In this document: one piece after another, positions 1 through 11,039 of the stretch
Layout: each line of letters starts with the position of its first letter
How positions within the stretch are numbered: the first letter of the stretch is position 1
DNA from: Gammaproteobacteria bacterium
Lineage (GTDB): Bacteria; Pseudomonadota; Gammaproteobacteria; GCA-001735895
Length of the DNA: 64,000 nucleotides
Assembly (NCBI GenBank): GCA_050298595.1
Contig: JBNKUM010000101.1
Span: 32,001 to 96,000 of the forward strand
Direction of reading: 5' to 3'
Program-made: the position numbers and the translations under genes
Notes under the pieces: generated by a model
Told to the model about the DNA's origin: nothing
The model's database searches: none
What the model saw: the letters and a program-made list of their open reading frames with translations, nothing else

Positions 1-362
1 CGGTAGCAAACTCGGAAAATGTAGAAGTACTGCGTGAGTTTCGTAAACAGTGCAAGATTATTATAGCGATAGGTGCCTGTGCATTAAATGGTGGCATACC
101 CGCAATGCGTAATCATTATACGGTTGATGATATCTTCCAGGAATCTTACGTGAATGGCATAGGCCTGGATCATGCGCATATACCTAATGATCCAGAGTTA
201 CCTAAAATATTGAATAAAGTGCACCCGATACAGGAAGTGGTTAAGGTAGATTATGTGTTGCCCGGCTGTCCTCCCCCAGCTGAACTGATCTGGGAAGTAT
301 TAAGCGCTTTAATCCAGGGCAGGGAGCCTGTAATTACTCAGGAGATTCTGCAATATGACTAG
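1..362 (+). CDS. hoxY: NAD-reducing [NiFe]-hydrogenase small subunit HoxY, 5'-partial (runs off window start)
   Basis: Frame open from position 3 (VANSENVEVLREFRKQCKIIIAIGACALNGGIPAM...); GACA and LPGCPP Fe-S motifs; overlaps the hoxH start. Confidence 0.9.
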   Translation, partial: VANSENVEVLREFRKQCKIIIAIGACALNGGIPAMRNHYTVDDIFQESYVNGIGLDHAHIPNDPELPKILNKVHPIQEVVKVDYVLPGCPPPAELIWEVLSALIQGREPVITQEILQYD

Positions 363-1794
363 AATAGCGATAGACCCCATCAGCCGAGTTGAAGGCCATG
401 GAAAAATTACGCTTCAACAGGATGAGAATAATCATATCACTCAGGCACGTTTACATATTGTCGAGTTCCGAGGCTTTGAGAAATTTGTCCAGGGACGTCC
501 CTATCAGGAAGTCCCAGTGCTGGTTCAACGACTATGTGGCATCTGTCCGGTCAGTCATCACCTGGCTGCAGCCAAGGCCTGTGATCAGTTGACAGGTGTC
601 AAGCAGCTCACACCAACGGCAGAGAAAATGCGTCGTCTAATGCATTTCGGCCAGACCTTGCAATCGCATGCCCTGCATTTCTTTCATCTTTCATCTCCCG
701 ATCTATTATTTGGTTACGATGATGAGGTCAGTCACCGCAATGTCATCGGCGTTATTCAGGAAAATCCTGAACTGGCTAAACAGGGTGTTTTATTGCGAAA
801 GTATGGGCAGGAAATTATTCGCATCACTTCTGGCAAAAGAATTCATGGTACCGGTGCAATCCCAGGAGGTATCAATAAAAATCTGAGTATTGAAGAACGC
901 GATTATCTACAGAAAGATATCGATCAAATGATCCAGTGGGTAATTTCTGCGGTTGAGTTATTTAAAAAAGTCTTTTATCAGCAGCGCGACTATCAGGAAT
1001 CCTTTGCCGCTATAGAAAGCAGTATGCTGAGCCTGATACGTAAAGATGGCGCACTGGAAATATACGATGGTGGTTTGCGCGCAAGATATGCGGATGGTTC
1101 TCAGATATTTGATCATTACGATGATGCTCATTATCTGGATGTCATCAATGAGCATATTGAATCCTGGAGTTATATGAAGTTTCCATTCTTTAAATCGATA
1201 GGGTTTGAACAGGGCTGGTATCGAGTGGGTCCATTAGCTCGTATGAATAATTGTGATTTCATCGATACGCCTCTGGCTGAACAGCAACGTGTTGAATTCA
1301 AGTCCCTGAATGGCGGCAAACCTGTTCAATTCTCTTTAGCCTATCATTGGGCACGTTTAATTGAGTTATTACATTGCGCTGAATCGATCAAATTACTATT
1401 GTCCGATAGTGATTTACAGGGTGATAATCTCGTCGTTAAGGGTGAGATGCAATCTCGTGGTTTCGGTATTATTGAAGCACCTCGTGGCACCTTGCTGCAT
1501 CATTATGAAATCAATGAAGATGGCTTGATTGAAAAAGCCAACCTGATCGTATCCACCACGCATAATAATCGAGCGATGAATGAATCTATACGGCATGTTG
1601 CAAATCAATATCTGAATGGCAATGAGATCACTGAACCCCTGCTCAATCAACTTGAGGTTGCGGTACGTGCCTACGATCCCTGTTTATCCTGCGCCACCCA
1701 TGCGCTGGGAAAAATGCCCCTGCAGGTGACTCTACTGGATCATCAGGGTAATACGCTAGCGGTCAGAGAAAAATCATCCGGCGATGTCTCTTAA
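355..1794 (+). CDS. hoxH: Group 3d NAD-reducing [NiFe]-hydrogenase large subunit
   Basis: SRVEGHGK; L1 motif RLCGICP; L2 motif DPCLSCATH followed by a cleavable C-terminal extension. Confidence 0.93.
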   Translation: MTRIAIDPISRVEGHGKITLQQDENNHITQARLHIVEFRGFEKFVQGRPYQEVPVLVQRLCGICPVSHHLAAAKACDQLTGVKQLTPTAEKMRRLMHFGQTLQSHALHFFHLSSPDLLFGYDDEVSHRNVIGVIQENPELAKQGVLLRKYGQEIIRITSGKRIHGTGAIPGGINKNLSIEERDYLQKDIDQMIQWVISAVELFKKVFYQQRDYQESFAAIESSMLSLIRKDGALEIYDGGLRARYADGSQIFDHYDDAHYLDVINEHIESWSYMKFPFFKSIGFEQGWYRVGPLARMNNCDFIDTPLAEQQRVEFKSLNGGKPVQFSLAYHWARLIELLHCAESIKLLLSDSDLQGDNLVVKGEMQSRGFGIIEAPRGTLLHHYEINEDGLIEKANLIVSTTHNNRAMNESIRHVANQYLNGNEITEPLLNQLEVAVRAYDPCLSCATHALGKMPLQVTLLDHQGNTLAVREKSSGDVS

Positions 1795-2272
1795 ACCGGT
1801 CTTGATATTTGCCTATGGTAATATCTCGCGTGGAGATGATGCACTAGCGCCCCTGTTGATTGAACAGCTGCAAGATGCTGATCTTGAAACTGTGTGTGGT
1901 CATCCGGTCAAATATCTTTGCGACTATCATATCCATGTAGAACATATACTGGATTTACAGGGTTGTGAAAGAGTGCTGTTGATAGATGCGCATCAATCAC
2001 TCAGCCAGCCATATTCATTCGAGTTAGTCCAGCCAAAAAGAGAAACCAGCTATACCACGCATGGGATTTCACCACCCACTTTATTGAGTACCTATGAGAA
2101 TACTCTAAGCGATCAGGCTCCATCAAGTTATCTGTTGGCGGTTCAGGGGCATGAGTTTAATCTGGGTGAGGGTTTATCGTCATCGGCACAGAATAGCCTG
2201 AATCAGGCTTTCGACTTCACTCTAAGTATCCTGCAACAGGATGATTTTCAATACTGGGATAAGGCGGTATAG
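1784..2272 (+). CDS. hoxW: Hydrogenase maturation protease
   Basis: YGNISRGDDALAP and YTTHG motifs; overlaps the end of hoxH. Confidence 0.88.
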   Translation: MSLKPVLIFAYGNISRGDDALAPLLIEQLQDADLETVCGHPVKYLCDYHIHVEHILDLQGCERVLLIDAHQSLSQPYSFELVQPKRETSYTTHGISPPTLLSTYENTLSDQAPSSYLLAVQGHEFNLGEGLSSSAQNSLNQAFDFTLSILQQDDFQYWDKAV

Positions 2273-2464
2273 TTTTTTACCAGACTTCTATTAGTGAATG
2301 TGGCACTGAAAATTATTTTGAATCTATTGGTATGGTTCGTTTTATATCAACTATTATTATGAAGTTGTCTATTCACACGGTTTTGCCCCGGAAAAACTTG
2401 TTTTACGCGTTAGTATTATTTTAGGGGTGTTTTTGAGTTTTTCATTAGCCTGGGAGGCAGTAAA

Positions 2465-3211
2465 ATGATTTATTTAATAAATAAAACAACCCTTCTCATT
2501 CTCATATTTTTCCTTTTAGCAGGTCTTAGCTTATCGAGTCAGGCACAGCCCGATGTGTTTATCTTTAATACCAGTACCGGAGCACCCTATTCAACGGTAG
2601 ATCATACAGGGTTTCAGGATCTTATTGTCGAAGAGGTATTTCGCCGTATTGGATTAAAAGGCAAGGTTGTAAAGTACGATGCATCAGCTCGTGCATTAAC
2701 CAATGCGAATGATAATCTGGATCAGGGTGTTGCAATGCGCATCAGAGGGCTGGAAAAAAAATACCCAAACCTGGTTAGAATAGACGAAACTCTAATCGAT
2801 AATGACTTTGTTGCCTATTCAAAAAATATAGATTTAATCACCGATGGTTGGGACAGTCTAAAGCCATTTTCAGTTGTCTATATTAATGGTTGGGTGATTT
2901 TCGATCGTAATCTGGACCCGGAGCAGAATCTTCGCAAGGTTAAAAAACCACAGCAAATGTTTTCTATGCTTGAGAAAAACAGGGTTGATCTGGTGTTATA
3001 TGAACGCTGGCAAGGTCTACAGGATGCAAAAGATTCTGGTATGCAGGTCACTGTACATGAGCCACCGCTAGCAACTGTGAAAATGTTTATGTACATCCAT
3101 AAGGATTATGCCAATCTTGCTCCAAAATTGGCGAAGGCTCTTTTGCAGATGAAACAAGATGGAAGCTACCAGGCGATATATGATCGTACCTTAAAGGTGC
3201 TGCTACACTGA
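2465..3211 (+). CDS. Periplasmic substrate-binding protein (amino-acid ABC/PBP2-like)
   Basis: Signal peptide; MLEKNRVDL and ALLQMKQDGSYQAI-type C-terminal motifs. Confidence 0.75.
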   Translation: MIYLINKTTLLILIFFLLAGLSLSSQAQPDVFIFNTSTGAPYSTVDHTGFQDLIVEEVFRRIGLKGKVVKYDASARALTNANDNLDQGVAMRIRGLEKKYPNLVRIDETLIDNDFVAYSKNIDLITDGWDSLKPFSVVYINGWVIFDRNLDPEQNLRKVKKPQQMFSMLEKNRVDLVLYERWQGLQDAKDSGMQVTVHEPPLATVKMFMYIHKDYANLAPKLAKALLQMKQDGSYQAIYDRTLKVLLH

Positions 3212-3243
3212 TATTTCCTGTAGATAGAAGGGTATCGTTTTTT

Positions 3244-5982
3244 ATGCCAAATAGAATTGCAAGGAAGCTTATTATAGTACTGATTCTTTTCAGCTCTGTG
3301 ATAACCCTGATTATCACTGTTTTACAGTTGTACTTTGAATATGAGGATGAGATCGCCGCTGTAAACGCACACTTCGTTCAGGTTGAACGCAGCTACCTCA
3401 AAAGTATTTCAGAAAATATCTGGGAAGAGGATCCTGAACGCCTTGTTCTTCTCATCAATGGTATAGCGGAGTTTCCGGGTATTGAGTTCGTCAGGGTAAG
3501 AGACAGCGACGGAAAAACCTTAGCTAGCGTTGGGCATAGTTTAGTCCGCCAGTCGATTAAGAAAAACTATTTACTAAATTATACTTTCCGGGGTGCTGAG
3601 AGATTGATCGGGGATCTGGAAGTCGTCGCAAGCCTGTCAGCTATCTATCAGCAACTTTTCAAACGTTTTGGCATTATTCTAGCTTCAAATGCTATTAAAA
3701 CCTTGTTGATTTCAACCTTTTTATTCGCTGTCATTAACTGGTTGCTTACCAGTCAACTTGATTCGATGACTCGCTTTACAAAGAGTATGGATCTTTCTAA
3801 ACCGATGCCTCCACTGCAATTAAAAAGAGGTGTTTTCAGTGGTCGGCATGATGAAGTTGATCAGTTAGCCGACGCTCTCAATTATATGCAGAAAACCCTA
3901 TCTGACACGTTTAGTTCGCTAAAGGAAAGTGAGCAGCGTTTTCGCCAGTTAGCCGAGAATATTAACGAGGTATTCTGGTTAGGTTCTCCCGACTGGAATA
4001 AGGTTTATTATTTAAGCCCGGCATTTGAAAAATTATGGGGAATGAGATGCGAAGATATTTATGAAAGCCCGAAACGATGGATGGATTCAGTCCATGCAGA
4101 CGATAGAGAACAACTGCTAGCTGACATCCCCGGCAAGATAGAGGATATCGAAGATATTATCGACTTTAAGGCGTATCGCGTAAAACAGAAAGATGGACTA
4201 ATACGCTGGATAAAGGCGAGGGCCTACCCGATCCGTGATGGTAGTGGGCAGATAATTCGTATTGCTGGAATTGCAGAAGATATCACTGAAAGTAAACAGG
4301 CTGAAGAAGAGCTCAGAAAACTATCGCGTGCAATAGAATCCAGCTCTTCTGCAATATTCATTACTAACAAACAGGGTACCATAGAATATGTAAATCCCCG
4401 GTTTAGCGATCAAACTGGTTATAGCAAAGAGGTGGCAATTGGGAAAGCTGCTGATTTTTTGCGTTCAAGCAACGCGAAGGATTCTATCTTTGATGATTTA
4501 TGGCAAGCCATTGCCTCTGGAGAAGACTGGAGAGGAGAACTGGATAATCAAACCAGAAATGGTATGCACTTTCGAGCAAGAGTTTCAATTTCAGCGGTCA
4601 AGGATGCTCTTGGTGAAACTACTCACTTTATCGGCATTCAGGACGATGTGACTCATGAATATCTATTGACAGAGCAGCTCAACTATCAGGCCACTCATGA
4701 TGCCTTAACCGGGCTTTATAATCGAATCGAATTTGAACGAAGGTCAGAACAGTTATTTGCCAGCAGCCGAGGAAATGAGGTAGAGCATGCATTGTGTTTT
4801 ATGGATCTTGACCAGTTCAAGCTGATCAACGATACCTGTGGCCATATTGCCGGTGATGAATTATTACGTCAATTAAGCCGTGTGTTGCAGGGGGCTGTTA
4901 GACAAAATGATACCCTGGCCCGGCTAGGTGGAGATGAGTTTGGTGTTTTGATGGAACACTGTTCGCTGGATCAGGCGCATCGGGTTGCTGAATCTCTGCT
5001 CAAGAGTATCCAGGAATACCAGTTTGTATGGGAAGGGAAATATTTTCATGTCGGTGTGAGTATTGGCCTGGTTGCTATAACCCACCAAACCACTAGTTTG
5101 AGTGAGTTACTCAAACAGGCTGATGCAGCCTGCTATATGGCGAAAGACTTGGGGCGTAATCGTATTCATGAATATCACATTGAGGATAGCGGGCTAGCCC
5201 AGCGTCAGGGAGAAATGTTATGGGTAAACCGTATTAGTCAGGCGCTGGAAGAAAACCGCTTATGTTTATATGCACAGCCCATAGTGCCTTTAGATCATTC
5301 AACACAAGAACATTATGAACTGCTGGTCAGAATGGTGGAAGAGGACGGTACGATTATACAGCCGGGAGATTTTTTACCTGCGGCTGAACGATATGATCTG
5401 ATATCAAAAATTGATGAGTGGGTCATGAACAATGCATTTAAATTATTATCCACTCATGTCGAGTTTGTTGATCAAATTGACTTTATTTGTATTAATCTTT
5501 CTGGAGCATCACTAACCAGTGGGGCTTTTCTAGATTCAATCTTTATGAATCTAAATAAGGCAGGCTTTACGCCTGACAAGATATGTTTTGAAGTCACCGA
5601 GACGGTAGCCATATCGAACTTAAGTGCTGCAATAACCTTTATCAGGCTGCTTAAAGATACCGGCTTTCGCTTTGCACTAGATGACTTTGGTAGCGGCCTG
5701 TCATCGTTTGGATATTTAAAAAACCTGCCGGTAGATTTTCTTAAAATTGATGGTATGTTTGTCAAGGACATCGTGGATGACCCTATCGATTATGCAATGG
5801 TAAAATCGATCAATGAAATTGGTCAGGTAATGGGTATGCAGACTATTGCTGAGTTTGTTGAGAATGATGAAATTATGCAAAAGTTAAGACTCATCGGAGT
5901 AGACTTTGCTCAGGGATATGGAGTTGGAAAACCGCAACCACTTGAAGAACTCATTAAAAATTCTCAGACTACAGGCAGCTAA
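3244..5982 (+). CDS. Membrane sensor-HAMP-PAS-PAS-GGDEF-EAL c-di-GMP enzyme
   Basis: Two TM segments, PAS/PAC motifs, HDALTGL, RLGGDEF, ELLVR, DDFGSGLSS. Confidence 0.92.
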   Translation: MPNRIARKLIIVLILFSSVITLIITVLQLYFEYEDEIAAVNAHFVQVERSYLKSISENIWEEDPERLVLLINGIAEFPGIEFVRVRDSDGKTLASVGHSLVRQSIKKNYLLNYTFRGAERLIGDLEVVASLSAIYQQLFKRFGIILASNAIKTLLISTFLFAVINWLLTSQLDSMTRFTKSMDLSKPMPPLQLKRGVFSGRHDEVDQLADALNYMQKTLSDTFSSLKESEQRFRQLAENINEVFWLGSPDWNKVYYLSPAFEKLWGMRCEDIYESPKRWMDSVHADDREQLLADIPGKIEDIEDIIDFKAYRVKQKDGLIRWIKARAYPIRDGSGQIIRIAGIAEDITESKQAEEELRKLSRAIESSSSAIFITNKQGTIEYVNPRFSDQTGYSKEVAIGKAADFLRSSNAKDSIFDDLWQAIASGEDWRGELDNQTRNGMHFRARVSISAVKDALGETTHFIGIQDDVTHEYLLTEQLNYQATHDALTGLYNRIEFERRSEQLFASSRGNEVEHALCFMDLDQFKLINDTCGHIAGDELLRQLSRVLQGAVRQNDTLARLGGDEFGVLMEHCSLDQAHRVAESLLKSIQEYQFVWEGKYFHVGVSIGLVAITHQTTSLSELLKQADAACYMAKDLGRNRIHEYHIEDSGLAQRQGEMLWVNRISQALEENRLCLYAQPIVPLDHSTQEHYELLVRMVEEDGTIIQPGDFLPAAERYDLISKIDEWVMNNAFKLLSTHVEFVDQIDFICINLSGASLTSGAFLDSIFMNLNKAGFTPDKICFEVTETVAISNLSAAITFIRLLKDTGFRFALDDFGSGLSSFGYLKNLPVDFLKIDGMFVKDIVDDPIDYAMVKSINEIGQVMGMQTIAEFVENDEIMQKLRLIGVDFAQGYGVGKPQPLEELIKNSQTTGS

Positions 5983-5985
5983 ACT

Positions 5986-6456
5986 ATGCATGCTTCAGAC
6001 GTGATGGACCCTAATCCATCAACATTAAAACCAGACGATAGCATTGAATATGCAGTTAAATTCATCAGGGATAAACGCTACCGTAGTTTGCCCATAATTG
6101 ATGATAATGGGTGTTATATAGGCATGTTTGGTGTTAATTGCCTGATTAAGCAGGTCATCCCAAAAGCCGTGTTTATGCATCGTGGGCTAGAAAATGTCAG
6201 CTTTATCCATGAGTCTCTGGATGACCTGTATGATCGTTTTGCAGCTGTAAAGGATGAGCCTATTATAAAGTGCATTAGCATGGATATAAAATCGCTTAGC
6301 CCGGACACGCCGCTTACTGAAACCTTACTGCAATTATACAATACACAACTCAGTATTCCTGTGGTTGAACCAGGTAGTAATAAGTTATTGGGTATGATTT
6401 CCTACTGGGATGTAGAGCATAGAATACTTCAGGCTGGATTAAAAAGGCATGACTGA
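5986..6456 (+). CDS. CBS-domain pair protein
   Basis: SDVMDPNP...SLPIID and SIPVVE...LLGMIS repeats. Confidence 0.85.
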   Translation: MHASDVMDPNPSTLKPDDSIEYAVKFIRDKRYRSLPIIDDNGCYIGMFGVNCLIKQVIPKAVFMHRGLENVSFIHESLDDLYDRFAAVKDEPIIKCISMDIKSLSPDTPLTETLLQLYNTQLSIPVVEPGSNKLLGMISYWDVEHRILQAGLKRHD

Positions 6457-7786
6457 CCTTAATGCAACTGATGTGATTTTTGGTCTATCTCCAGTCTGGG
6501 TAGCGAGTAGTATCTTTGTGCTGAGTTATATCATGATAGTGACTGAGCGACTCAACCGAGCTGTCATCTCCATGTTTGGTGCTGCTATCATGATTGTTAG
6601 TGGCGTATTAAACCAGCAGGCTGCTTTACAGGGTGTGGACTTTAATACGATAGGCCTGCTCACTGGTATGATGATAATTGTTGCCGTTACTCGTGATTCG
6701 GGCGTGTTTCAGTACCTGGCCATTCGTGCGGTTAAGTTGGTCAAAGGCAAGCCATGGGGCATTCTGGTAATGCTGATGATAATTACCGCATTATTATCAG
6801 CATTACTGGACAATGTGACTACTGTACTTTTGATAGCACCAGTAACCCTGCTGATTACCGATACGCTCAAATTAAATGCCTATCCCTATCTATTCGCCGA
6901 AATTTTTGCTTCAAACATCGGGGGTACAGCTACCCTGATCGGAGATCCACCTAATATCATGATCGGATCGGCAACCGGTCTTGGATATAACGACTTTCTA
7001 TTCAACCTGGCTCCAATCTCCATTTTTATCTTGCTGTTGACTATGTTGCCGATTTATTTCATCTGGGGCAGGCACTTAACTACTACACCAGAATTAATCA
7101 AAAAGGTCATGTTATACAGAGAAAATGATGCAATAAAAGATGTTGTATTGTTGAAAAAATCATTGTTTGTACTGACTCTGGTGATGATGGGCTTTATTTT
7201 GGGGCATGATTATGGTTTACATGCAGCAACGATTGCAATGTTAGGAGCAGCATTGTTGTTAACGCTTAACTGTCTACCACACAATGCCGAAACACAGACG
7301 GAAATGGTCACAGAGTCTCTTAATGAGATAGAGTGGGTGACCATCTTCTTTTTCATCGGCCTGTTTATTCTGGTTTATGGTCTCGAAATAACCGGCCTAT
7401 TGGAGATGCTGGCCCATCAGGTTATGGGGCTGACGGGTGGTGATATCACCGTCACAGCTCTATCAATCTTATTTGTCTCGGCTACGGCTTCGGCAATAAT
7501 CGATAATATCCCTTTCGTAGCGACCATGATCCCGTTAATCAAAAATATGGCTGCTGGTTTAGGGGGCACAGAAGAATTAGTGCCACTCTGGTGGTCACTG
7601 GCTTTGGGTTCCTGTCTGGGGGGGAATGGTAGCCTGGTAGGGGCCAGTGCCAACTTGATCGTTGCAGGTTTTGCAGAACGCTCGGGGCAGCCCATCAAGT
7701 TTTTGCCTTTCATGCTGATTGCATTTCCGATGATGCTGCTATCTGTACTTATCAGTAGTGTGTACGTTTACCTGCGCTATCTGTAA
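6449..7786 (+). CDS. ArsB/NhaD (P-protein-like) family ion transporter
   Basis: Multi-TM; LDNVTT, SNIGGTATLIGDPPNIMI, DNIPFVATM, LGGNGSLVGASAN. Confidence 0.88.
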   Translation: MTDLNATDVIFGLSPVWVASSIFVLSYIMIVTERLNRAVISMFGAAIMIVSGVLNQQAALQGVDFNTIGLLTGMMIIVAVTRDSGVFQYLAIRAVKLVKGKPWGILVMLMIITALLSALLDNVTTVLLIAPVTLLITDTLKLNAYPYLFAEIFASNIGGTATLIGDPPNIMIGSATGLGYNDFLFNLAPISIFILLLTMLPIYFIWGRHLTTTPELIKKVMLYRENDAIKDVVLLKKSLFVLTLVMMGFILGHDYGLHAATIAMLGAALLLTLNCLPHNAETQTEMVTESLNEIEWVTIFFFIGLFILVYGLEITGLLEMLAHQVMGLTGGDITVTALSILFVSATASAIIDNIPFVATMIPLIKNMAAGLGGTEELVPLWWSLALGSCLGGNGSLVGASANLIVAGFAERSGQPIKFLPFMLIAFPMMLLSVLISSVYVYLRYL

Positions 7787-7797
7787 TCGTTACTCAT

Positions 7798-7830
7798 AAA
7801 AAAGGGGCGGTCCAGCCGCCCCTTTTATTG
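7798..7830. terminator. Bidirectional rho-independent terminator
   Basis: AAAAAAGGGGCGG-tccag-CCGCCCCTTTT between convergent genes. Confidence 0.85.
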
Positions 7831-7848
7831 TGCTAATAAAAAGGTGAA

Positions 7849-10077
7849 TCAGCCGCGAGCAGAATCCAGCAAACTATTGAAGGTTTGACTAGGGCGCATG
7901 ATGGCTGACATTTTCGCTACATCAGCATGGTAGTAACCACCGATGTCAACCGGCTTACCCTGGACTTTAGTCAACTCATCCACAATGGCTTGTTCATTCT
8001 CTTCCAGTGCTTTCGCCAATGGTTTGAATTTCGCCTGTAGCTCTGCATCTTCAGTTTGTTCAGCAAGAGCCTGAGCCCAGTACATCGCCAGATAAAAATG
8101 ACTGCCACGATTATCCAGTTCTCCGGTTCTGCGAGAGGGGGACTTGTTATTCTCCAGCAGTTTACCCGTAGCACTATCTAAGGTATCAGCCAGAATTTTA
8201 GCCCGCGCATTGCCAGATTTAATATTGATATCTTCCAGAGATACGGCAAGAGCGAGGAATTCACCTAAGGAGTCCCAGCGTAAATGATTTTCCTCTACCA
8301 ACTGATCAACATGTTTAGGCGCGGATCCACCTGCACCGGTTTCAAACAGGCCGCCACCGGCCATTAAAGGAACTATCGACAGCATCTTGGCGCTGGTGCC
8401 CAGCTCCATAATTGGAAACAGGTCGGTGAGATAATCGCGCAGGATATTACCAGTAACAGAAATCGTATCCTTGCCACGGATAATGCGTTCCAGCGAGTAA
8501 CGCATGGCACGTAGGGTAGACATGATATGGATATCGGTTCCTGTCAGGTCGTGATCCTGCAGGTACAGCTTAACCTTTTTAATCAGTTCAGCATCGTGTG
8601 GGCGATACTCATCCAGCCAGAAAACGGTAGGTATGCCTGATTGCTTTGCACGAGTCACAGCCAGTTTGACCCAGTCCTGAATCGGCGCATCCTTGGTCTG
8701 ACACATGCGCCAGATATCGCCGGTTTCAACATTTTGTTCGATCAGGACCTTACCTTCATCATCTACTATACGAGCAACCCCATCAGCAGGAATTTCAAAG
8801 GTTTTATCGTGCGAGCCATACTCTTCTGCTTTTTGCGCCATGAGACCCACATTAGGTACTGTACCCATGGTGGTTGGGTCAAAAGCGCCATTGGTTTTAC
8901 AGAAGTTGATGATTTCCTGATAGATGCGCGCATAAGTGCTTTCTGGAATGACGGCCTTGGTATCTTTAAGTTTTCCATCCGGCCCCCACATCTGGCCTCC
9001 GTTACGGATCATGGCAGGCATAGAGGCATCAACGATCACGTCATTAGGTGCATGCAGGTTAGAGATACCTTTAACCGAGTCAACCATCGCCAGTTCTGGG
9101 CGTGACTGATAACAGGCATGGATATCTTTTTCAATTTCATCACGGAATGAGCGTGGCAGGTCTTCTATTTTTTCATACACGCTGCTAATGCCATTGTTCG
9201 GATTTACGCCCAGCTTATTGAAAAGATCGCCATATTTTGCGAACAGGTCTTTGTAAAATACCTTAACCGCATGGCCAAAAACGATAGGGTGGGAAACCTT
9301 CATCATGGTCGCTTTAACGTGTAGTGAAAACATCACGCCGGTTTCACGCGCGTCTTCAAGCTGTTCTTCGAAGAATTTTTGCAGGGCTTTGGCGCTCATG
9401 AACATGCTGTCGATGATTTCGCCTTTTAGCAGAGAGGTTTTTTCTTTTAGGACAATGACTTTGCCGTCTTTGGTTTCCAGCTCCATACGTACGTCACAGG
9501 CCTTATCCAGTGTCAGGCATTTTTCGCTGGAGTAAAAATCTCCGCCGCGCATATGTGCCACATGGGTACGTGAAGCAGGGCTCCATTTTTCCATAGAATG
9601 AGGGTTTTTACGTGCATAGCGCTTTACTGCAGGGGGCGCGCGACGATCAGAGTTGCCTTCGCGTAGCACCGGGTTAACAGCACTACCCAGAATCTTTGAA
9701 TAGCGCTGTCTGATGGTTTTTTCTTCATCTGAAGAAGGCTCTTCAGGAAAATCAGGGATATTAAAACCCTGAGACTGTAATTCGCTGATTGCATTGATCA
9801 ACTGGGGAATAGAAGCACTGATATTGGGTAGTTTGATGATATTGGTATCGGGCTCCTGGGTAAGTCTACCCAGTTCATCCAGGTCATCGGGCACTTTCTG
9901 ATCATCATCGAGATAGTCAGAGAATTCAGCCAGAATTCTTGCTGAAACCGAAATGTCTTTCGTCTCTAATTCAATATCAGCAGCTGAAGCAAAGGTTTCA
10001 ATGATGGGTAAAAAAGAGCGAGTCGCCAGCAGAGGGGCTTCGTCCGTTAGAGTATATATTATTTTCGAATTAGTCAT
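7849..10077 (-). CDS. icd: Monomeric NADP-dependent isocitrate dehydrogenase
   Basis: 742 aa; [34 protein letters not shown]. Confidence 0.96.
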   Translation of the reverse strand: MTNSKIIYTLTDEAPLLATRSFLPIIETFASAADIELETKDISVSARILAEFSDYLDDDQKVPDDLDELGRLTQEPDTNIIKLPNISASIPQLINAISELQSQGFNIPDFPEEPSSDEEKTIRQRYSKILGSAVNPVLREGNSDRRAPPAVKRYARKNPHSMEKWSPASRTHVAHMRGGDFYSSEKCLTLDKACDVRMELETKDGKVIVLKEKTSLLKGEIIDSMFMSAKALQKFFEEQLEDARETGVMFSLHVKATMMKVSHPIVFGHAVKVFYKDLFAKYGDLFNKLGVNPNNGISSVYEKIEDLPRSFRDEIEKDIHACYQSRPELAMVDSVKGISNLHAPNDVIVDASMPAMIRNGGQMWGPDGKLKDTKAVIPESTYARIYQEIINFCKTNGAFDPTTMGTVPNVGLMAQKAEEYGSHDKTFEIPADGVARIVDDEGKVLIEQNVETGDIWRMCQTKDAPIQDWVKLAVTRAKQSGIPTVFWLDEYRPHDAELIKKVKLYLQDHDLTGTDIHIMSTLRAMRYSLERIIRGKDTISVTGNILRDYLTDLFPIMELGTSAKMLSIVPLMAGGGLFETGAGGSAPKHVDQLVEENHLRWDSLGEFLALAVSLEDINIKSGNARAKILADTLDSATGKLLENNKSPSRRTGELDNRGSHFYLAMYWAQALAEQTEDAELQAKFKPLAKALEENEQAIVDELTKVQGKPVDIGGYYHADVAKMSAIMRPSQTFNSLLDSARG

Positions 10078-10313
10078 ATAGAACCACTTTCATCCTGTTT
10101 ATAAATTGGGGATTTTTATGGCGGCTATTATGAGACAACAACTCAAATTGGTATAGACCATAATCTGATACTTAAATAAGTTGAAGCTATTAGTATGATT
10201 TATAAGGATATTATGAACATTTCTGCACAATTCATATTGGAATTCAGTGGGGTGATCGCACTATTTTTGGGCGTCTGCAAGCGTCTATTGCCTCCTATAA
10301 GCTGTGTAGGGTG

Positions 10314-10340
10314 GGACCTGAAGCATGCAGCTTCAGGTCC
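10314..10340. repeat. Perfect 11-bp hairpin (terminator of msrA or REP-like)
   Basis: GGACCTGAAGC-atgca-GCTTCAGGTCC just 3' of msrA, preceded by GTAG. Confidence 0.5.
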
Positions 10341-10373
10341 TGTAGAGGCATAAGGTCATTGATCAGAGGTGCT

Positions 10374-10988
10374 TTAAGATTTTCCCCAAAGCTCTTCAAC
10401 CCTGGCATCCCGGCCACAGGTAAAACGATAATACTTGTATCTGATAGGATTTTTCCTGTAGTAATCCTGATGATATTCTTCAGCAGGATAAAATGTAGAT
10501 GCTTTTATTAGTTCTATCTTTACTGGTTCTTTAAAAGGCTTGTTTTGAGTGATCTCCTGTAGAGATTCCTCAGCGATTTTACGCTGAGTCTCATTCTGAT
10601 AAAAAATTGCCGGGCGATACTGTGGGCCATGATCGCAGAATTGCCCCTTATCATCGGTTGGGTCAATATGATGGAAGAAGTAGTCGAGTATCTGTTTGTA
10701 TTCTAAACGGGCGGGGTCATACGAAATGATTGCCGATTCTATATGTCCTGTATTGCCTGCGCTGACCTGTTTATAGGATGGATTGTCAACGTGACCGCCG
10801 GTATATCCAGAGACCACTTCGATCACTCCGTCGAGTTTTTCAAAATCGGATTCAACACACCAGAAACAACCTCCCGCAAGAATAGCAGTCGCTTTTTCTG
10901 TCTCGGCATGCACTATTGAATGGTTCAGTGTTGTGCTTACCAGTAAAAGCATCATAGAGAGAAGGTTTTTAATTTTCATAGGCTTCAT
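10374..10988 (-). CDS. msrA: Peptide-methionine (S)-S-oxide reductase, probably exported
   Basis: AGGCFWC, GYTGG, FYPAEEYHQDYY; N-terminal signal peptide. Confidence 0.95.
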   Translation of the reverse strand: MKPMKIKNLLSMMLLLVSTTLNHSIVHAETEKATAILAGGCFWCVESDFEKLDGVIEVVSGYTGGHVDNPSYKQVSAGNTGHIESAIISYDPARLEYKQILDYFFHHIDPTDDKGQFCDHGPQYRPAIFYQNETQRKIAEESLQEITQNKPFKEPVKIELIKASTFYPAEEYHQDYYRKNPIRYKYYRFTCGRDARVEELWGKS

Positions 10989-11039
10989 AATACTGCTAAA
11001 CAGGAGTCTATTTAGTATGTAATGGCTGAGTTAAGTTCA

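Noticed and set aside
1670-1700. [NiFeSe] hydrogenase, given selD in the window
   Set aside because: The L2 motif is DPCLSC with Cys codons and no TGA
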